Assembly: GCF_009914755.1 (NCBI RefSeq)
Contig: NC_060936.1
Source of the DNA: the human T2T-CHM13v2.0 reference genome, Homo sapiens
Strand: one strand, 5' to 3'
DNA: 64,000 nucleotides
Within the stretch, counting starts at the first letter, position 1. Each line of letters starts with the position of its first letter. Position numbers and translations under genes: made by a program. A model generated the notes under the pieces. That model worked only from the letters and a program-made list of their open reading frames with translations. It did not search any database and was not told the origin of the DNA. Below are positions 47,907 through 63,379 of the stretch, piece after piece.

Positions 47907-47955
47907 AATGTACAGGTTCAAGGACTGGAAACATAACAAAAGCGTAGGCGCATAA

Positions 47956-48457
<502 letters not shown>

Positions 48458-48789
48458 TGATTCTGAAGCTTGACTAGGCATCAGAATAAACTTGAGGGCT
48501 TCCTGATGCAGGACATCTGGGGAGAGGCCTGAGAATTTGCGTTTCTCACATTGCTGTCAGCATCACCTGGGAACTGGGGATCACAGAACTGAGAATCGCT
48601 GGTAGAACCTCCTAGTACCCACCTTTTTTTTCCTTCTTTAAAACTTTTGTTAAATTATACTTCTTAAAAGCTCTCTCTTTTTTGGCAAAATTAAAATCCT
48701 GTAGGACAAAACTATAGTCCCCCGCCCCCCTCCATCTTCTGTCGTTTAGATCATGAGCTCCTCTGATACAAAGGTTGAAATTTTCTCCA

Positions 48790-49270
48790 GTGGTATGGTG
48801 GAAAGAACTTAGGTTTTACAGTCAGATGAATTCTAGGATAAAATCTTGACTCTGTCACTTATTAGCTCTATGACTTTGGACAAATTATTTAACCACTAAG
48901 AGCCTCCATTATCTCATCTATGAAATGGAACTAGTGATTTCCAAATCTTGGGAGTTTTGTGAGGGTTGACTGGGGTAATGTGTGTAACCTCCTAGTATGG
49001 TGACAGACCGTAATGAAAACAGCCTAATGTTTACAGAGCATTGATTGAGCAGTAGGCCTTCTTTTAAGGTCTTTACATTTATGAACTTCCCTAATTGTGA
49101 CAACAGCTCATTTTACAGCCTATGAAGAGGGTTCATTACTATCTCCATTTTACAGATGAAGAAAGTACAGCCCAGAGAAGGGACTGGCTCAAGACCAAAC
49201 AGCTGGCCGAACTGGAATTTGAATTCTGTGATCTGGATCTAGAGCCCATATCCCAGCCACCATGCTTTGC
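48790..49270. mobile_element. MIR fragments
   Basis: ctctgtcacttattagctctatgactttggacaaattatttaacc; ctccattttacagatgaagaaa. Confidence 0.7.
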
Positions 49271-49349
49271 TGTGTTAACAGTATAAGTTTAGCAGTCCGC
49301 CTTGCTAGGATGCAGTTACTCTATGATGCCACGTAAAGAGAGGTCCATG

Positions 49350-50040
<691 letters not shown>

Positions 50041-50289
50041 GATGTGCAAATATGTTTTGAGATCTTTAAAGCGCCATGTAAATGTGTGGTATGTTTTGCT
50101 TGTTAGGAGTACTGCTGTCCCATTATGTATTTGAACAACTCCTCATAAAGTACCTTTGGCTTGGGGAAAAAAAAGAGTTAACAGTGAGTGTCATATTGAC
50201 CATACTGTGAGCAGGATCTGGTCACGGTGAGGCATGGTGATCATGGAAGACACTCGAAGGCTCTGGTTGGTTTGCTAGCCAAAATAGGT

Positions 50290-50835
50290 CAGAGTGTGTG
50301 TGTGTGGGGGGGTGAGAGTGTGTGTGTGTGTGTGAGTGTGTGGGGTGTGTGTGGGGGGTGAGTGTGTGTGTGAGACAGTGTGTGAGGGGTGTGTGAGTGT
50401 GTAGGGTGAGTGTGTGAGAGAGTGTGTGAGAGTGTGTGAGAGAGTGTGTGGGGGTGTGTGAGAGAGTGTGTGGGTGTGTGTTTGTGGGGGGTGTGAGAGT
50501 GTGTGGGGGGTGAGTGTGTGTGAGTGTGTGAGGGGTGTGTGTGTAGGGTGAGTGTGTGAGAGTGTGTGGGGGTGTGTGAGTGTGTGGGGTGAGTGTGTGG
50601 GGGGTGAGAGTGTGTGAGAGAGTGTAGGGTGAGTGTGTGTGAGAGAGTGAGTGTGAGAGTGTGTGGGGTGAGTGTGTGTGAGTGTGTGGGGGTGAGAGAG
50701 TGTGTGTGAGAGTGTGTGTGTGAGTGTGTGAGAAAGTGTGTGTGTGAGAGTGTGTGGGGGAGGGTGTGTGTGTGTGAGAGTGAGTGTATGTGAGAGACAG
50801 AGTGTGGTGTGTGTTTGTGCCTGTGTGAGTGTGTG
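50290..50835. repeat. Degenerate (TG)n/(GA)n/G-run low-complexity tract
   Basis: ~550 bp of gtgtgtgaga / gtgtgggg variants. Confidence 0.95.
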
Positions 50836-52168
50836 TACTGCAGGGTAGATATCCTGATACCTGTTTCATGCCTTCAGGCCCACAGCTGGCTGTGGCCTCG
50901 CAGGACCAGGAATGCGTTTGTGTGTAATTATGTCACCCTCTAGCGGTGACTTCCCTACTAGCCCTTTATCCTTGAAAAGCCCACTCGGGTGTCGGTGACC
51001 TCTCTTCCCAGTGACAGCCCGGGAGCAGAACTTCGGGGAGATTCTGGCATGGAGGGACAGTGCTGGGAAAAGCGGGGTGTGGCCGGGCATGAAGAGAGTG
51101 CCAGGGCCCGGGAAGAGTGAAAAGTACAACTAGGACTAATGAGGAGTGCACCCTGCCGAGCAGAAGGGGAAGCAGGAGCGGGCCAGGCACAGCGTCTGGA
51201 GAGGAGGGAAGAGAAGGCGCTCTCAAGGGGAGGCTGTTGCGCGTCAATTTCTGCCAAGTGCCATTTTATGTCTGTGGGGTGGGACGGTTATCGCAGCTAG
51301 AGCTCTTTCCAGAATGTCAGCACTGAGGGCCGAAGTGGGCGTGGAGAAGCAGTTTCAATTCTGTTTTCCAAGGGAAGTAGGCACAGGTTTAGAGGCTGCC
51401 TGGAGCTGCCTAAATTCCAAACGTTCACCACCGTGGAGTGGACTGCTGACTTGGCTGCTTCTGCCTAGCCTGGGGCTCTGTTCCCTCTGCCAGTAAAGGT
51501 CATTTTATCAGGATCCTCAGAGGCTTTCGCATGTTGATAAATATTTCAAAAGACAAGGGGGAATCAAGATCAGTCTTACTGAGAGCGGATTTGGAACTCC
51601 GCGTTCGGCGGGACGCTGCCGCCCGAGGCCTGACTGAGCCACAGTGCGAAGGGTGCTCCCTTTTTGAAAAGGTGCTGGCGCCAGGCCAGGCTTTGCTGGA
51701 AAGTCCTATCTGGATGAGTCAGAGCATTTACATTTCTTACATAATGTCAGACCCAGAGGAGCTTTAGGGATCAGCCCAGCTACAGAGTTCACAGCCAGGT
51801 CCCCTTTTCTGCCAAGAGGATAGGGTTAAAGGTTTTAAAAAAAACAAGCAGAGTCTCAAGGGGCAGAAAAGCGAAGGCTCAGAGTTAATGCTGATTAACT
51901 CTTCACACCCCAGAAAAGATGGTTCTGAGGTAAAACCACACCTTTATGTCACATGATGCCACTGCCTTCCTGAATCCAGTCATTCCTAAAGAGGTCAGTA
52001 ACACCAAGCACTGACCTTCCCGCCTTGTGTGCAGGAAATTAAAGAGGCATGAAAACCCTGTCCACATTTTCTCTAAAGTTGGAACAGCTTGCCTGGGGCT
52101 TCAGACTGAGCTTCAATCTCAAGCTTCAGTGAGATTCTTTGTTGTTTATTTTTTATTTTTAAACTATT

Positions 52169-52877
52169 TGGCCAGGCGCGGTGGCTCACGCCTGTAATCC
52201 CAGCACTTTGGGAGGCCGAGGTAGGCAGATCACTTGAGGTCAGGAGTTTGAGATCAGCCTGGCCAACATGGTGAAACCTCATCTCTACTAAAAATACAAA
52301 AATTAGCCAGTGTGATGGTGTACGCCTGTAATCCCACCTGCTCAGGAGGCTGAAGCAGGAGAATCGCATGAACCTGGGAGACGGAGGTTGCAGTCAGCTG
52401 AGATCGAGCAACTGCACTCCAGCCTGGGCGACAGAGCAAGACTCCGTCTCAAAATAAACAAACAAACTAACTAACTAACTAACTAACTTACTATTGAAGG
52501 CCAAAGAGTTCAAGTAACTAACATAAGAAATCAGTGGCTACTGTTGTAACCATCAAGAATTCTTTAATGGGCCAGGTGCAGTGGCTCAGGCCTGTAATCC
52601 CAACACTTTGGGAGGCCAAGGCAGGTGGATTACGAGGTCAGGAGTTCGGGATCAGCCTGGCCAACATGGTGAAACCCTGTCTCTACTAAAAATACAAAAA
52701 TTAGCTGGGTCTGGTGGAGCACACCTGTAATCCTAGCTACTCAGGAGGCTGAGGCAGAATTGCTTGAACTGGGGAGGCGGAGGTTGCAGTGAACTGAGAT
52801 CACGCAACTGCACTCCAGCCTGGGTGACAGAGCAAGACTCTGTCTCAGAAAAAAAAAGAAAGAAAGAAAAAAAAAAG
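52169..52877 (+). mobile_element. Two AluS elements (52169-52490 with (AACT)n tail; 52569-52877)
   Basis: Full dimers. Confidence 0.9.
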
Positions 52878-53118
52878 AATTCCTTAATTTCCTTAATTTA
52901 ACTGGTTCAGGGAACCTAAATGAGAGTTGTCACATAATAGCAAATCTTAGTGACCAGATGACACTCAAAGCAGGTGTAAATATTTAACAAAAGCACTGTG
53001 TAGACATTTAATGACAATGGTTGCTTTTTGTTTGCTTGCTTTTTATTTGTTTACAAATGAAAATAAAGCAGAGAATGAGAAGTCACTTTCTCAGGGTCAC
53101 GGGAACAATTCAGGTTGA

Positions 53119-53545
<427 letters not shown>

Positions 53546-54623
53546 TGAGCAATTGGAATGGTAAGAAATTCGCTGCAGTACATAAAAGTTTGATCACTTA
53601 GACTGCTGTGTGATTAGGGTTGCTCAGTGATCTTCCGGCAATAAAGGGAGGAAAAGGAGAAATTTCAGATGGAGTGATGATGGATGTCCTCAGGCATGTC
53701 AATGGCTGCTGAAGTGCTATGGGAAAATGGAAAACACAATCTTTGGGATCCCTCTTTCAGCCATTTTCCTGCTTTTATATCTATAAACTTTAAAAAGTAG
53801 GGCATACTTTAAACAATAGTATACTAAGAAATTGTCACCGCTGGCAGAGCCAAAATTGAATCAGCTTGCCTTGTGATTACATCAGAAATGTGTCTTAGTC
53901 TGTAAAGCTTCACTACAGGAAATGCCCAGGAGCTGCTAATAAAGTTTAATACACATTTGCTTCCTTAATGCTATATTAACATCCTGACCATCACAACTTT
54001 CATTGTAAACCTATTGCTTATTAAAAACACCCTGTAAGATGTCACAAACTGACAGAAAGTTGGGGCTACTACATGAATTAATATGCTAACTAGTATTTTT
54101 CAGTGTTATATAGTATAAGATAGTAAGTGCTTGAAATATGAGCATTTTGAAATCCTTGGCCAGCATAATCCCATGGGTAACACTGAATTATCCATGGCTG
54201 TGGGAGAGAGCAGGTGGTTCACTTCCAACCATGGGTTGTGTTCCAAACTAAGGGTTTTTGTTTGTTTTGTTTTCTTTCTTTTAAAGAAAATCAAGTTTAT
54301 TTTTGAAACTGTTCATTTTAATTCTAAGACAAAGCTAGAAAAAGAAGAATGGAAGATCTGGAAAAAAAGCATTGTCAACTGTCACTGTCCTACCATGGGA
54401 AAGAAATGTCTTACAAACGGAAAAAAAAGTTGGAGAGAACAAGAAGTTTCTGGTGTTATGTAAGAGGAAGCGCCCAGATTACATATAAAAGTCAACTGCT
54501 TCACGCCCTGTTACTAAATATTAGGGATGCAAAATACGTGGTGGCAGTAAGTCAGAGCCTGGTTTCCTAAATATTTCTTACATGTTAGGGATCCTGAGAG
54601 ATCCCTAAACAAGTAGAAAATTC

Positions 54624-54935
54624 TTTTTTTTTTCTTTTTGAGACAGGGTCTCACTCTGTTGCCTAGGCTGAAGTGCAATGGCATAATCATGGCTCACTGC
54701 AGCCTCAACCTCCTGGGATCCTGGGCTCCTGGGCTCCTGGGGTGATCCTCCCACCTCAGCCTCCCGAGTAGTTCCACTACAGCCAGCCACCACGCCTGGC
54801 TAATTTTGCATTTTTAGTAGAGACGGGGTTTCTCCATGTTGGTCAGGCTGGTCTCGAACTCCTGACCTCAAGTGAGCCACCCGCCTCGTCCTCCCAAAGT
54901 GCTGGGATTACAGGTGTGAGACACTGCGCCCGGCC
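54624..54935 (-). mobile_element. Mosaic Alu (J-like right arm, Sp-like left arm)
   Basis: See findings; TSD aacaagt(a/g)gaaaat. Confidence 0.85.
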
Positions 54936-55104
54936 AACAAGTGGAAAATACTATCCTGAATGAGTGTGTGTGTGCCTGCTGGGAGAATATTTCCTAGTGT
55001 TTCCTAGATCCTTGTTAGTTGACTTCCCACCCACAAAGCCCCAGAAGGAGTAAACTGTCTCTAAATATCAGAATAAACAACAACAATAAAACAACTTTTA
55101 TATT

Positions 55105-55427
55105 TTCATTTCTTTTTCTTTTTGTTTTGTTTTGTTTTGTTTTTTGAGACAGGGTCTCACTCTGTTGCTCAGGCTGGAGTGCAGTGGTGTAATCATGGCT
55201 CACTGCAGCCTTGAACTGCTGGTCTCAAGCAATTCTCCTGCCCCAGCCTACCAAGCAGCTGGGACTACAGGCATGCGCCACCACACCCAGCTAATTTTAA
55301 AATTTTTTGTAGAGACAGGGTGTCCCTATATTGCCCAGGCTGGTCTCTAACTCCTGGTCTCAAGTGATCCACCTGCCTCAGCCTCCCAAAATGCTGGGAT
55401 TTCCGGCGTGGACCTCACTGCCCAGCT
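55105..55427 (-). mobile_element. AluJ
   Basis: TSD taaaacaactttta. Confidence 0.88.
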
Positions 55428-56042
55428 AAAACAACTTTTAAAAGGTATATTAGAGATCCAACTAGATTCTACTCTTGCATTTATCTGCAGCATATCAGTT
55501 TGGTTTGCCCATGGTTAGGTGGTTCTTGGTCTGGGTCTTAGTTTCATGCGTCTATGCATATGTGGAAACTCATCAAGCTGTACATTTAAGACTTGTGCGT
55601 TTTAACTCTGTGTGTTTTGTTTCAATTTTAAAAAGTTTTTATTTATTTATTTTTTAAGTCAGAAGGGGTTTAATGGGTCAAGAAAAGTTTACTTCTGTGC
55701 ACACAAATTATCTCAAGGTCTGTTTGTTCAAACAGGGTAACCAAACAGGGACCGATTCTACAGTGGCTGCTGCCCGGAGTTTTACACAGATGGGAGCATG
55801 GCCGTACCCCTGAACCCTCCAACCTTCTCTTGCCTGTGATTACCACTCCTTCCCTGGCCTTTTCTGGCCTGGCTGCTTTCACTGCTGAAGTAGGGCAAGG
55901 ATTTTGTTTCTCTTCATTACCCTTCACCTTGCCAGGCCTCTGTTCATCCCATCCCTCGGCCCCTAGTACAAAGTATGCAGTTAGCACTCCATAAATATTG
56001 ACTTTAATTTTGATTATTTTTCTCTGGTTAATATGTGTTGGG

Positions 56043-56190
56043 GGCCGGGTGCGGTGGCTCATGCCTGTAATCTCAAAACTTTGGGAGGCCAAGGTGAGAA
56101 GATCACTTGAGCCCAGCAGTTCAAAACCAGCTTGGGCAATACAGTGAGATCTAGTCTCTTTTTTTTTTTCAAAATAATTAAAAATAAATA
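56043..56190 (+). mobile_element. FLAM (free left Alu monomer)
   Basis: Single monomer; TSD aatatgtgttgggg. Confidence 0.85.
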
Positions 56191-56567
56191 TGTGTTGGGG
56201 TGGGCAGTGAGTGCGGGAAAGAAGGGGGAAAGGGAGATTGTTTCTAATGTACAGACGGGGAGACGTCTGGGGCTGCGTAGGAGCTGGGGTGAAGAGCACA
56301 AGGCATTCTGGTTTTGCCTCTGTATTTGATAATGTTTTCTTAATGTTGGAAAAATGCAATAGTTTTATCATTTGCCACATACCTTCCCATGCTGTTCCCT
56401 ACTGAACCAAATCAGGTCATATTATACTGGCTATGTTATACTGCGCTGTTTTCCATTGACTTTTTGGTTATTGATATTGGCTTTTAGTGTTGGGTGTGTG
56501 GTTTCTTTTCACACAAACATGAATACGTTGTACCACTGAGATTTTCCTAGGGGTTCAGTCATTTTGA

Positions 56568-56973
<406 letters not shown>

Positions 56974-58769
56974 TGAATGTGCTTACATATGAGTAGAAGA
57001 AGCGAGGTTTTTCTTATGCAGCCCGGGAGACAAGGAAACCGCTGTGATGCCGTGTGCCAATAGCATGCATTTATTTGTGGTATATCAGAGCCTCAGATCC
57101 AGCCATCCCAGACAGTCACGTCCACAAGGATGAGACCCTTTTGCAGGAGATAGAGAACACACCTCCCTTATTCCTGCTCCAGCAGTTGAGATCTGCTGGA
57201 GACCCTTACTCATGTTTCCTGGACTTGAACTTTAGGACACTGGCCACTGGGCATTTTTTGCAGAGGGTACTCATTAGAATTTCTCTTTCTGTCAGTTTTT
57301 TAGCCTATTTTTTAAGCTAAATTTCTAAATGCTTTTGAAACCAACGGTGTTGTTTTATTTTGCTGATAGAACCCAGATGCGAGGAGGGAGTTGTTTTTTT
57401 TTTTTCCTTCCATCATTTGAATCATTGCACAAGCACCGTATCACCTAGAAACAGAGGGTGATTTCAGGACAGTGCTGTGGCCACAAAGCATGGTTAGGTT
57501 TGGAAAAGCAGCAGGGAAAAAAAAATGCCTTCTGATTCAACACTTCCGTTCTATGTGATTTAAGCACATATCTAGTTACAAGGTTTCTTTGGCAAAAACA
57601 ATTTTTTGCGCTGGAGTTAGCCAGGCAAAGCCAGCGTCCCCCTGGCCAGTTGAGTTTGAGGACCATCTGCCTCACACATCATTAGCAGCATTGTTTGTTT
57701 AGGGCCCTTCTGTAGAATCTTTATTCATGGAGAAGTAGAAGAAAACTCAAACAGCTCAGCTGGATTTCCAGGTCCTGCGTGGAATTTGTAACCCCTTTGA
57801 CTTCTCAACTGAGAAAATTGGATGCGGCTGTCACAGAAAGAGAATAAATACGGAACCCCACAATGCTATGCTTGCAGCCACTTTTATTCCATTGAATTTC
57901 ACACATAATGAAAGGCAGGCATACTCTGAGAGGCACGGAGCTGAACCAGTGCTGGGAGTCCTGCAATTCCAAGTAGGTTGAGCTGGTGATAATTCTGGGC
58001 AAAATACTTTAGTCCTCTTTAGTTGGCCGCTGGCTAAAGCATGCGGGCAGTGATACGGCTCCTGTTATCCTACTGCGAGTGTTCTGCTTTTAGAACTAAG
58101 AAAACGGTGAAAGAGGAAAGACAAGTGATTAGTTAACACCTAAAAGATGTATGCCCTCATGAATAATCAAAGAAAGGCAGTTTAAAATTTGATAGCATTT
58201 TTTCCCTATTGTGAGAAAGAATTTTTTAAAATGATAATATCCAAACATCTTAATTAGCTTTTGTCATTTAAAGCTAAAACCCAGTTTAGTGTTTTATTAG
58301 ACTTGACTTTCATGAAAGGTTGGGAATTCTAAAAATAACTTATTTTGAAAGAGTAATGAATGGCCCAACAAACTTAATGGTCCAGTTCAAGCTATTGGTT
58401 GACTGGTCAATAGATGCTAGAGAAGTTAGGACTGGAAAAGACGTTAGGGCTTATGTGGCTCTGCCCTGTCATTTTCTAACTGAGAAGGCTGGGACCTAGA
58501 GACGTTGTGTGACTTGTCTAGGGTCACACAGTTGTACGGAGGCTGGAATTGCATTAGTAAAACATGATGAGTTGTTATTTAGATCTTGCTCTCAGCAAAT
58601 AGCTTCATATAGGATTAAACTTTTTGTTTTCAATACCTCAAGGATGTTGAGCTTCCCTGTCTTTCCAGACAGACAGGATGTCCGAGACCTCAAATCAGGC
58701 ACTGTTGCCTCATTTATTCTTTGTCCTTAGATGAACGAGTGGCTGGATACCTCTACATCTTTAGAAAAA

Positions 58770-59068
<299 letters not shown>

Positions 59069-59224
59069 TAATGGGGATAATAATCCTGGCACAATTGATG
59101 TCCCTTTGATAATCTTGAAACCCCTTGAGCAACTACAAATAAAAATAAGGCATGTACAGTCTAAAAGGGGGATAAACGTATATAGGTAAGTCTAATACAA
59201 AACAGAATAAGTGTTGTAAGAGGT

Positions 59225-59645
59225 TGTATTAGTTAAGGTCTTGAGGTTCCTGTAACAAACAAATCTCCCAAATGTAAATTGGCTCTAGAATCATAGAAAT
59301 TTATTTCTAGCCCATGTAAAAGCCAAAATAGATGTTCATTATTATCAGGCAGGTCTCCCTCTGGTAATTTTGGGGCTTGGGCTTCTTCTGATTTATCACT
59401 CTACCTTTGGCCTGGTTTTGAAGGCCACCATGCTTGTCTGCATCAAGCTGAAAGAAGAAAAGCGAGCTTGGAGGTCTCCTGGTTGGAGATTTTTAGAGGC
59501 CAGGCCTGGGAGCTGCAGACATCACTTCTTCTAGTATACCTTTAGATAGCACCCAGTCATATGACCACCTCTTTGTGCAGTGGGTGCTGGGTAATGTAGT
59601 CCAGCGGTGTGCAATTTTAGTGACCATCAAGTGATCTCTGCTACA
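59225..59645 (-). mobile_element. Old MLT1 LTR (MLT1J/K-like)
   Basis: tgtattagttaagg...tgtaacaaac...agaaatttatttct...catcacttc...gctgggtaatgtagtc...ctctgctaca. Confidence 0.65.
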
Positions 59646-61329
59646 ATGGGCTTTGAGGGCCCAAAGGAGGAGGACGTCATATGAGAGTGAAGTAACTTAT
59701 TGGACAAATACACACATGCCTAGGAGGGTGGAAATAATTAATAATTATTTCTACTATTAACCGTGATTTTGTCTTAATTTTAATAAGAGGGTTATATATC
59801 TCTTACATATTACAGATAATCTTCAGGAATCTTAGGAATTCCTAAATTTATCCTAATATTTAGGAATTCCTAAATTCCTGAAAATAAGGTGGGATATGTA
59901 TCTCAATTTGTTTGTATTTTCAGGAGTGGTGACTCTTTCTGATCCATGGCCTGTGCTTACAAGATAGCCGGATCCCATGGAGATCACACCTGCTCCAGCT
60001 GTCTCATGCAGCTTGGGAGGTGACCACAGAAACAGTGGGCCCTCCCCAAAGCCACATGCGGATAGACTATAGTCAGGACTCTTCATCTCCATTCAGCAGT
60101 GACCAGAGGCCAGCGGCCCGAGGCCTGTGCTGGTGGTTTGTTCCAGCTGCGGACATTTGTCATCCCTTGGCTGCATAAGGCACAGACCACACCTCCTCGT
60201 CTCCTTTCCACTCAGGCTGACAGTGCTCTCCTTCTGCCCCTTGTAGTGTTTCTACTGAATCAGACCTCCCAGCTGGGCTCCCACCTTCCAGATGCTTACC
60301 CTCCACACTCCATCCATCATTATTGGAGCAAACGATTACCAGAGCTTTTCTAAATCCACATCTGATGGTGCCTCTCCCCTGTTCAGATGCCTCGGATGTC
60401 TCCTGCAGATGACAAGAGACGCCCAAACTCCTTATAAGGGGGCCCCAATAGGAAGGTTCTGCTTCACGAAGAATTAATGACTTTTGTTTGTCTTTAGATT
60501 TTGGCTTTGGTTCTCTCTCTCTCTCTCTCTGTCTCTCTTTCTCTCCCCCTTCCCTCTTCTGTTTTCTGAAGTTGAATTTTGGACTTGAAACTACGTGTCA
60601 TGTGTTTTTCAGGCCTCTGTGCCTTTGCTCCTTGGGCGGGTCTCATTCTCCTATCTCCAGCTGTGAGAATCCTGTGTGTCCTCTTAGGGACAGGTTCAAA
60701 TACCATCACCCCCAGAAAGCATCCCCACCGTTGGAACGACATAGTCTTTCTCAGCTGTTTGGATAGTAATTGATACCTCCATTATAACGTATTGCCCTGC
60801 TAAATGTTATAATCACATATGTTTGCCTCACCTCTACGAGATTCCTGTTATTCAACCAAGAGTTCCTGTTACTCAACTTTGAGTAAGACCTAATAGATGC
60901 TCAATAATATTAGTTGACTTGAATTAAGAGTCACAGAAAGAATTCCATTTCGATTACTTTTTGGCATTTTCACTGGGTCTGAACTTTTTCGTTTACTCTG
61001 AGTAGCAAATTTAAAATAGCAAACAATTTGGTTCTGATCATGGGAAATTGCTCTCAAGGTCATTGCAGAATGGCTGCTTTTCCTAAAGATTACCTGCAAT
61101 GATGGAAGTATAGGTTGTCATTGGAATAGAAAATGGTTGTCTCCATGGCTGGTAGGTGGGGTCTTGCTCCTGGGCGGTAGGTTAGAGTTTGCTACCCTTA
61201 CCTTGAGTGCCATGGTACTTTGCAAGTAACTCTGTTAAAGCTCCTACTGCACCACGTTTAAACAATGGATTTCAAATGGAACTTTCGGTTTTGTACAAGT
61301 GATGATTTGTGTTCTTGCCTGGCTTCCAC

Positions 61330-61542
61330 TCTAGACCAGCACTATGAGACAGTCCATAAGCTCTCTGTGATCATGGAAACGTTCTATAATCCGTGCTGTC
61401 CAAAACAATAGCCACTAGCCACTTGTAGCTACTGAGCCCTTGAAACGTGGCTTCTGCAATGGAGGAACTGAACATTTAATTTAAATTCATTTTTAATTTA
61501 AATAGCCACATGTGGTCAGTGGCTACCATCTTGGGCAGTGAT
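61330..61542. mobile_element. MER3/MER33-like hAT-Charlie relic
   Basis: gtgctgtccaa..caatagccactagccacttgtagctactgagc..ttgaaa...aatagccacatgtgg..agtggctacc. Confidence 0.75.
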
Positions 61543-62577
61543 ATTGAGTTCCTAGGAGAGTAGCATTGTATTAATTGATTGGAATATCCTATACAGTACT
61601 GTGTATTGAGTAAACCTACAGTAAGCATGTGTTAAATGATGAACAGTTAACATTTATTGAGTGCCTGCTGAATGCTAGGTGCTTCCCAGAGGCTGTCCTT
61701 GTGTTACCTTCATTTTCTGCAGAGCCCCGTGCTGGGGCAGCATAGACAGCAAGCTTGACCCCCATCATTGCAGCCTTCACCAAGAAAACAGGCAGTCGAG
61801 GGAGCAATTTAGCAAGAGGGTCAGGAGTTCCGTGAAAAGAAGCCTGGCAGAGCCATAAAAGAAACTAAAGAATTTTGGTGGTGAACCAAAAGCCTCTGTA
61901 ACCTGCCCAGGCCTGAATTTGGTGATCATGCTTTTGCCTGAGGCAGCCACAGAGGTTATTTAATTCTCAAAACTAGGGCCTGTGAGACCCACAAACCTGG
62001 TCTGAGGTTTGCTAGCAGGGACTCTAGTTTTGGCAAAGGGAATGTGAACTGCTTAGCATTGGAGGGGGAGACAGGAGAGCTGACCACCTTGGCTCTGAAT
62101 GTTCTCATCGGTGAGGAAGGAACTGGTGCTGTGCCTGAGTGGGCGTGAACTTGTTTTGCCTGTGGTTTTCTTTAGAAAGCTGCTTGGTTCCTCTTCTCTC
62201 AAAGGATTTGGAAGGTCTTCCCCGCACAATCAAAGGAGCAGTTTGAGACACAGGGGCGACAGCTGGGGACAGCATTAGAGGGACCCACATTACTTAGAGC
62301 TACTGGTTTCCCCCCAGATAAAAACCCAGGTGTCGTTTCTGCATGAGCAGTGAGTGACGAGGAGAATTCGCTTGCAGCCTCTCCGCTACGCTCTGCCTTT
62401 AGAGTCCCTCTAGCCGTGGTCCCTGTGTTGCCGCTTGCCCCTGGGTACCTGACTGATGAAGACAGGCTCTGGGGCTTGCCGTTGAAGGTGCTGTGGACCC
62501 AGGGGTGCTGTCCTTCCGCTGTTCCATTCATTGCAACATTCATCTCCTGCCTGTTTACAAAAATGAAGCAATTATCC

Positions 62578-62665
62578 TATTCTTCCAAATGGAAACTGCT
62601 AATTTTTGAAGCAGAAGGTTGACAGCTTCAGTAAGATCTCAAGAGAGCGAGAAGACTGGAATCAG
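62578..62665 (+). other. WNT5B: Non-coding alternative first exon of WNT5B
   Basis: ATTCTTCCAAATGGAAACTGC...GACTGGAATCAG resembles my recollection of a WNT5B transcript 5' end. Consensus donor CAG|GTGAGG at 62665/62666. Position ~22 kb beyond the FBXL14 promoter fits the known neighbourhood. The start coordinate is approximate. Confidence 0.75.
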
Positions 62666-62884
62666 GTGAGGCCATAACTTCTTATCTAAACTTAGTTTCT
62701 GGGGTGGAATTACAGAATTGCTTAGAAAAAGAGTCAATATAACTACTTGCAGAAAACACCACCTGTGAAAATCCAGATTTATAAATGGTGACTATGCATT
62801 TAGTACAATGATTATCATATATGTAATATATAAAATATATATATATAATATGTATATTGAGGTCCCTTTAAAGAACAGCATGAT

Positions 62885-63180
62885 GGGCTGGCTCATGCCT
62901 ATAATCCTAGCAGTTTGGGAGGCTGAGGCAGGTGGATTGCTTGAGCCCAGGAGTTCAAGACTAGTCTGGGCAACATGGTGAAACTCTACAAAAAAATACA
63001 AAAATTAGCTGGGCATTGTGGCATGTGCCTGTAGTCTCAGCTACTCAGGATGCTGAGGTAGGAGGATCACCTGACCACAGAGAGATCAGAGCTGCAGTGA
63101 GCCATGATCACACCACTGCAGTCCAGCCTGCGCAACACAGTGAGACCCTATCTCAAAAAAAAGAAAAGAAAAAGAAAAAA
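62885..63180 (+). mobile_element. AluJ
   Basis: TSD aaagaac(a/t)gcatg. Confidence 0.88.
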
Positions 63181-63379
63181 GAACTGCATGGCAAATTTGA
63201 AAGTCTTTTGGAACATGACTTGTGAATGCTCCAAACATTCCAAAATGAATGAGTGAAGTAGCCAGGAGAAAGACAGCAGAGAGCAGTGGGGATTTGGGAA
63301 AGTTAGAGAACCTGTGTGCCACCCACCAAGACATTCATATTCCAAAGATTTGTAAACATTGTGTTAGTCAAAGACACTT

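Noticed and set aside
50222-50869. 215-aa His/Thr-rich ORF
   Set aside because: Translation of (CA)n-like low-complexity DNA.
55670-56380. 236-aa ORF
   Set aside because: Runs through a FLAM; no homology recognised and no coding-like composition.
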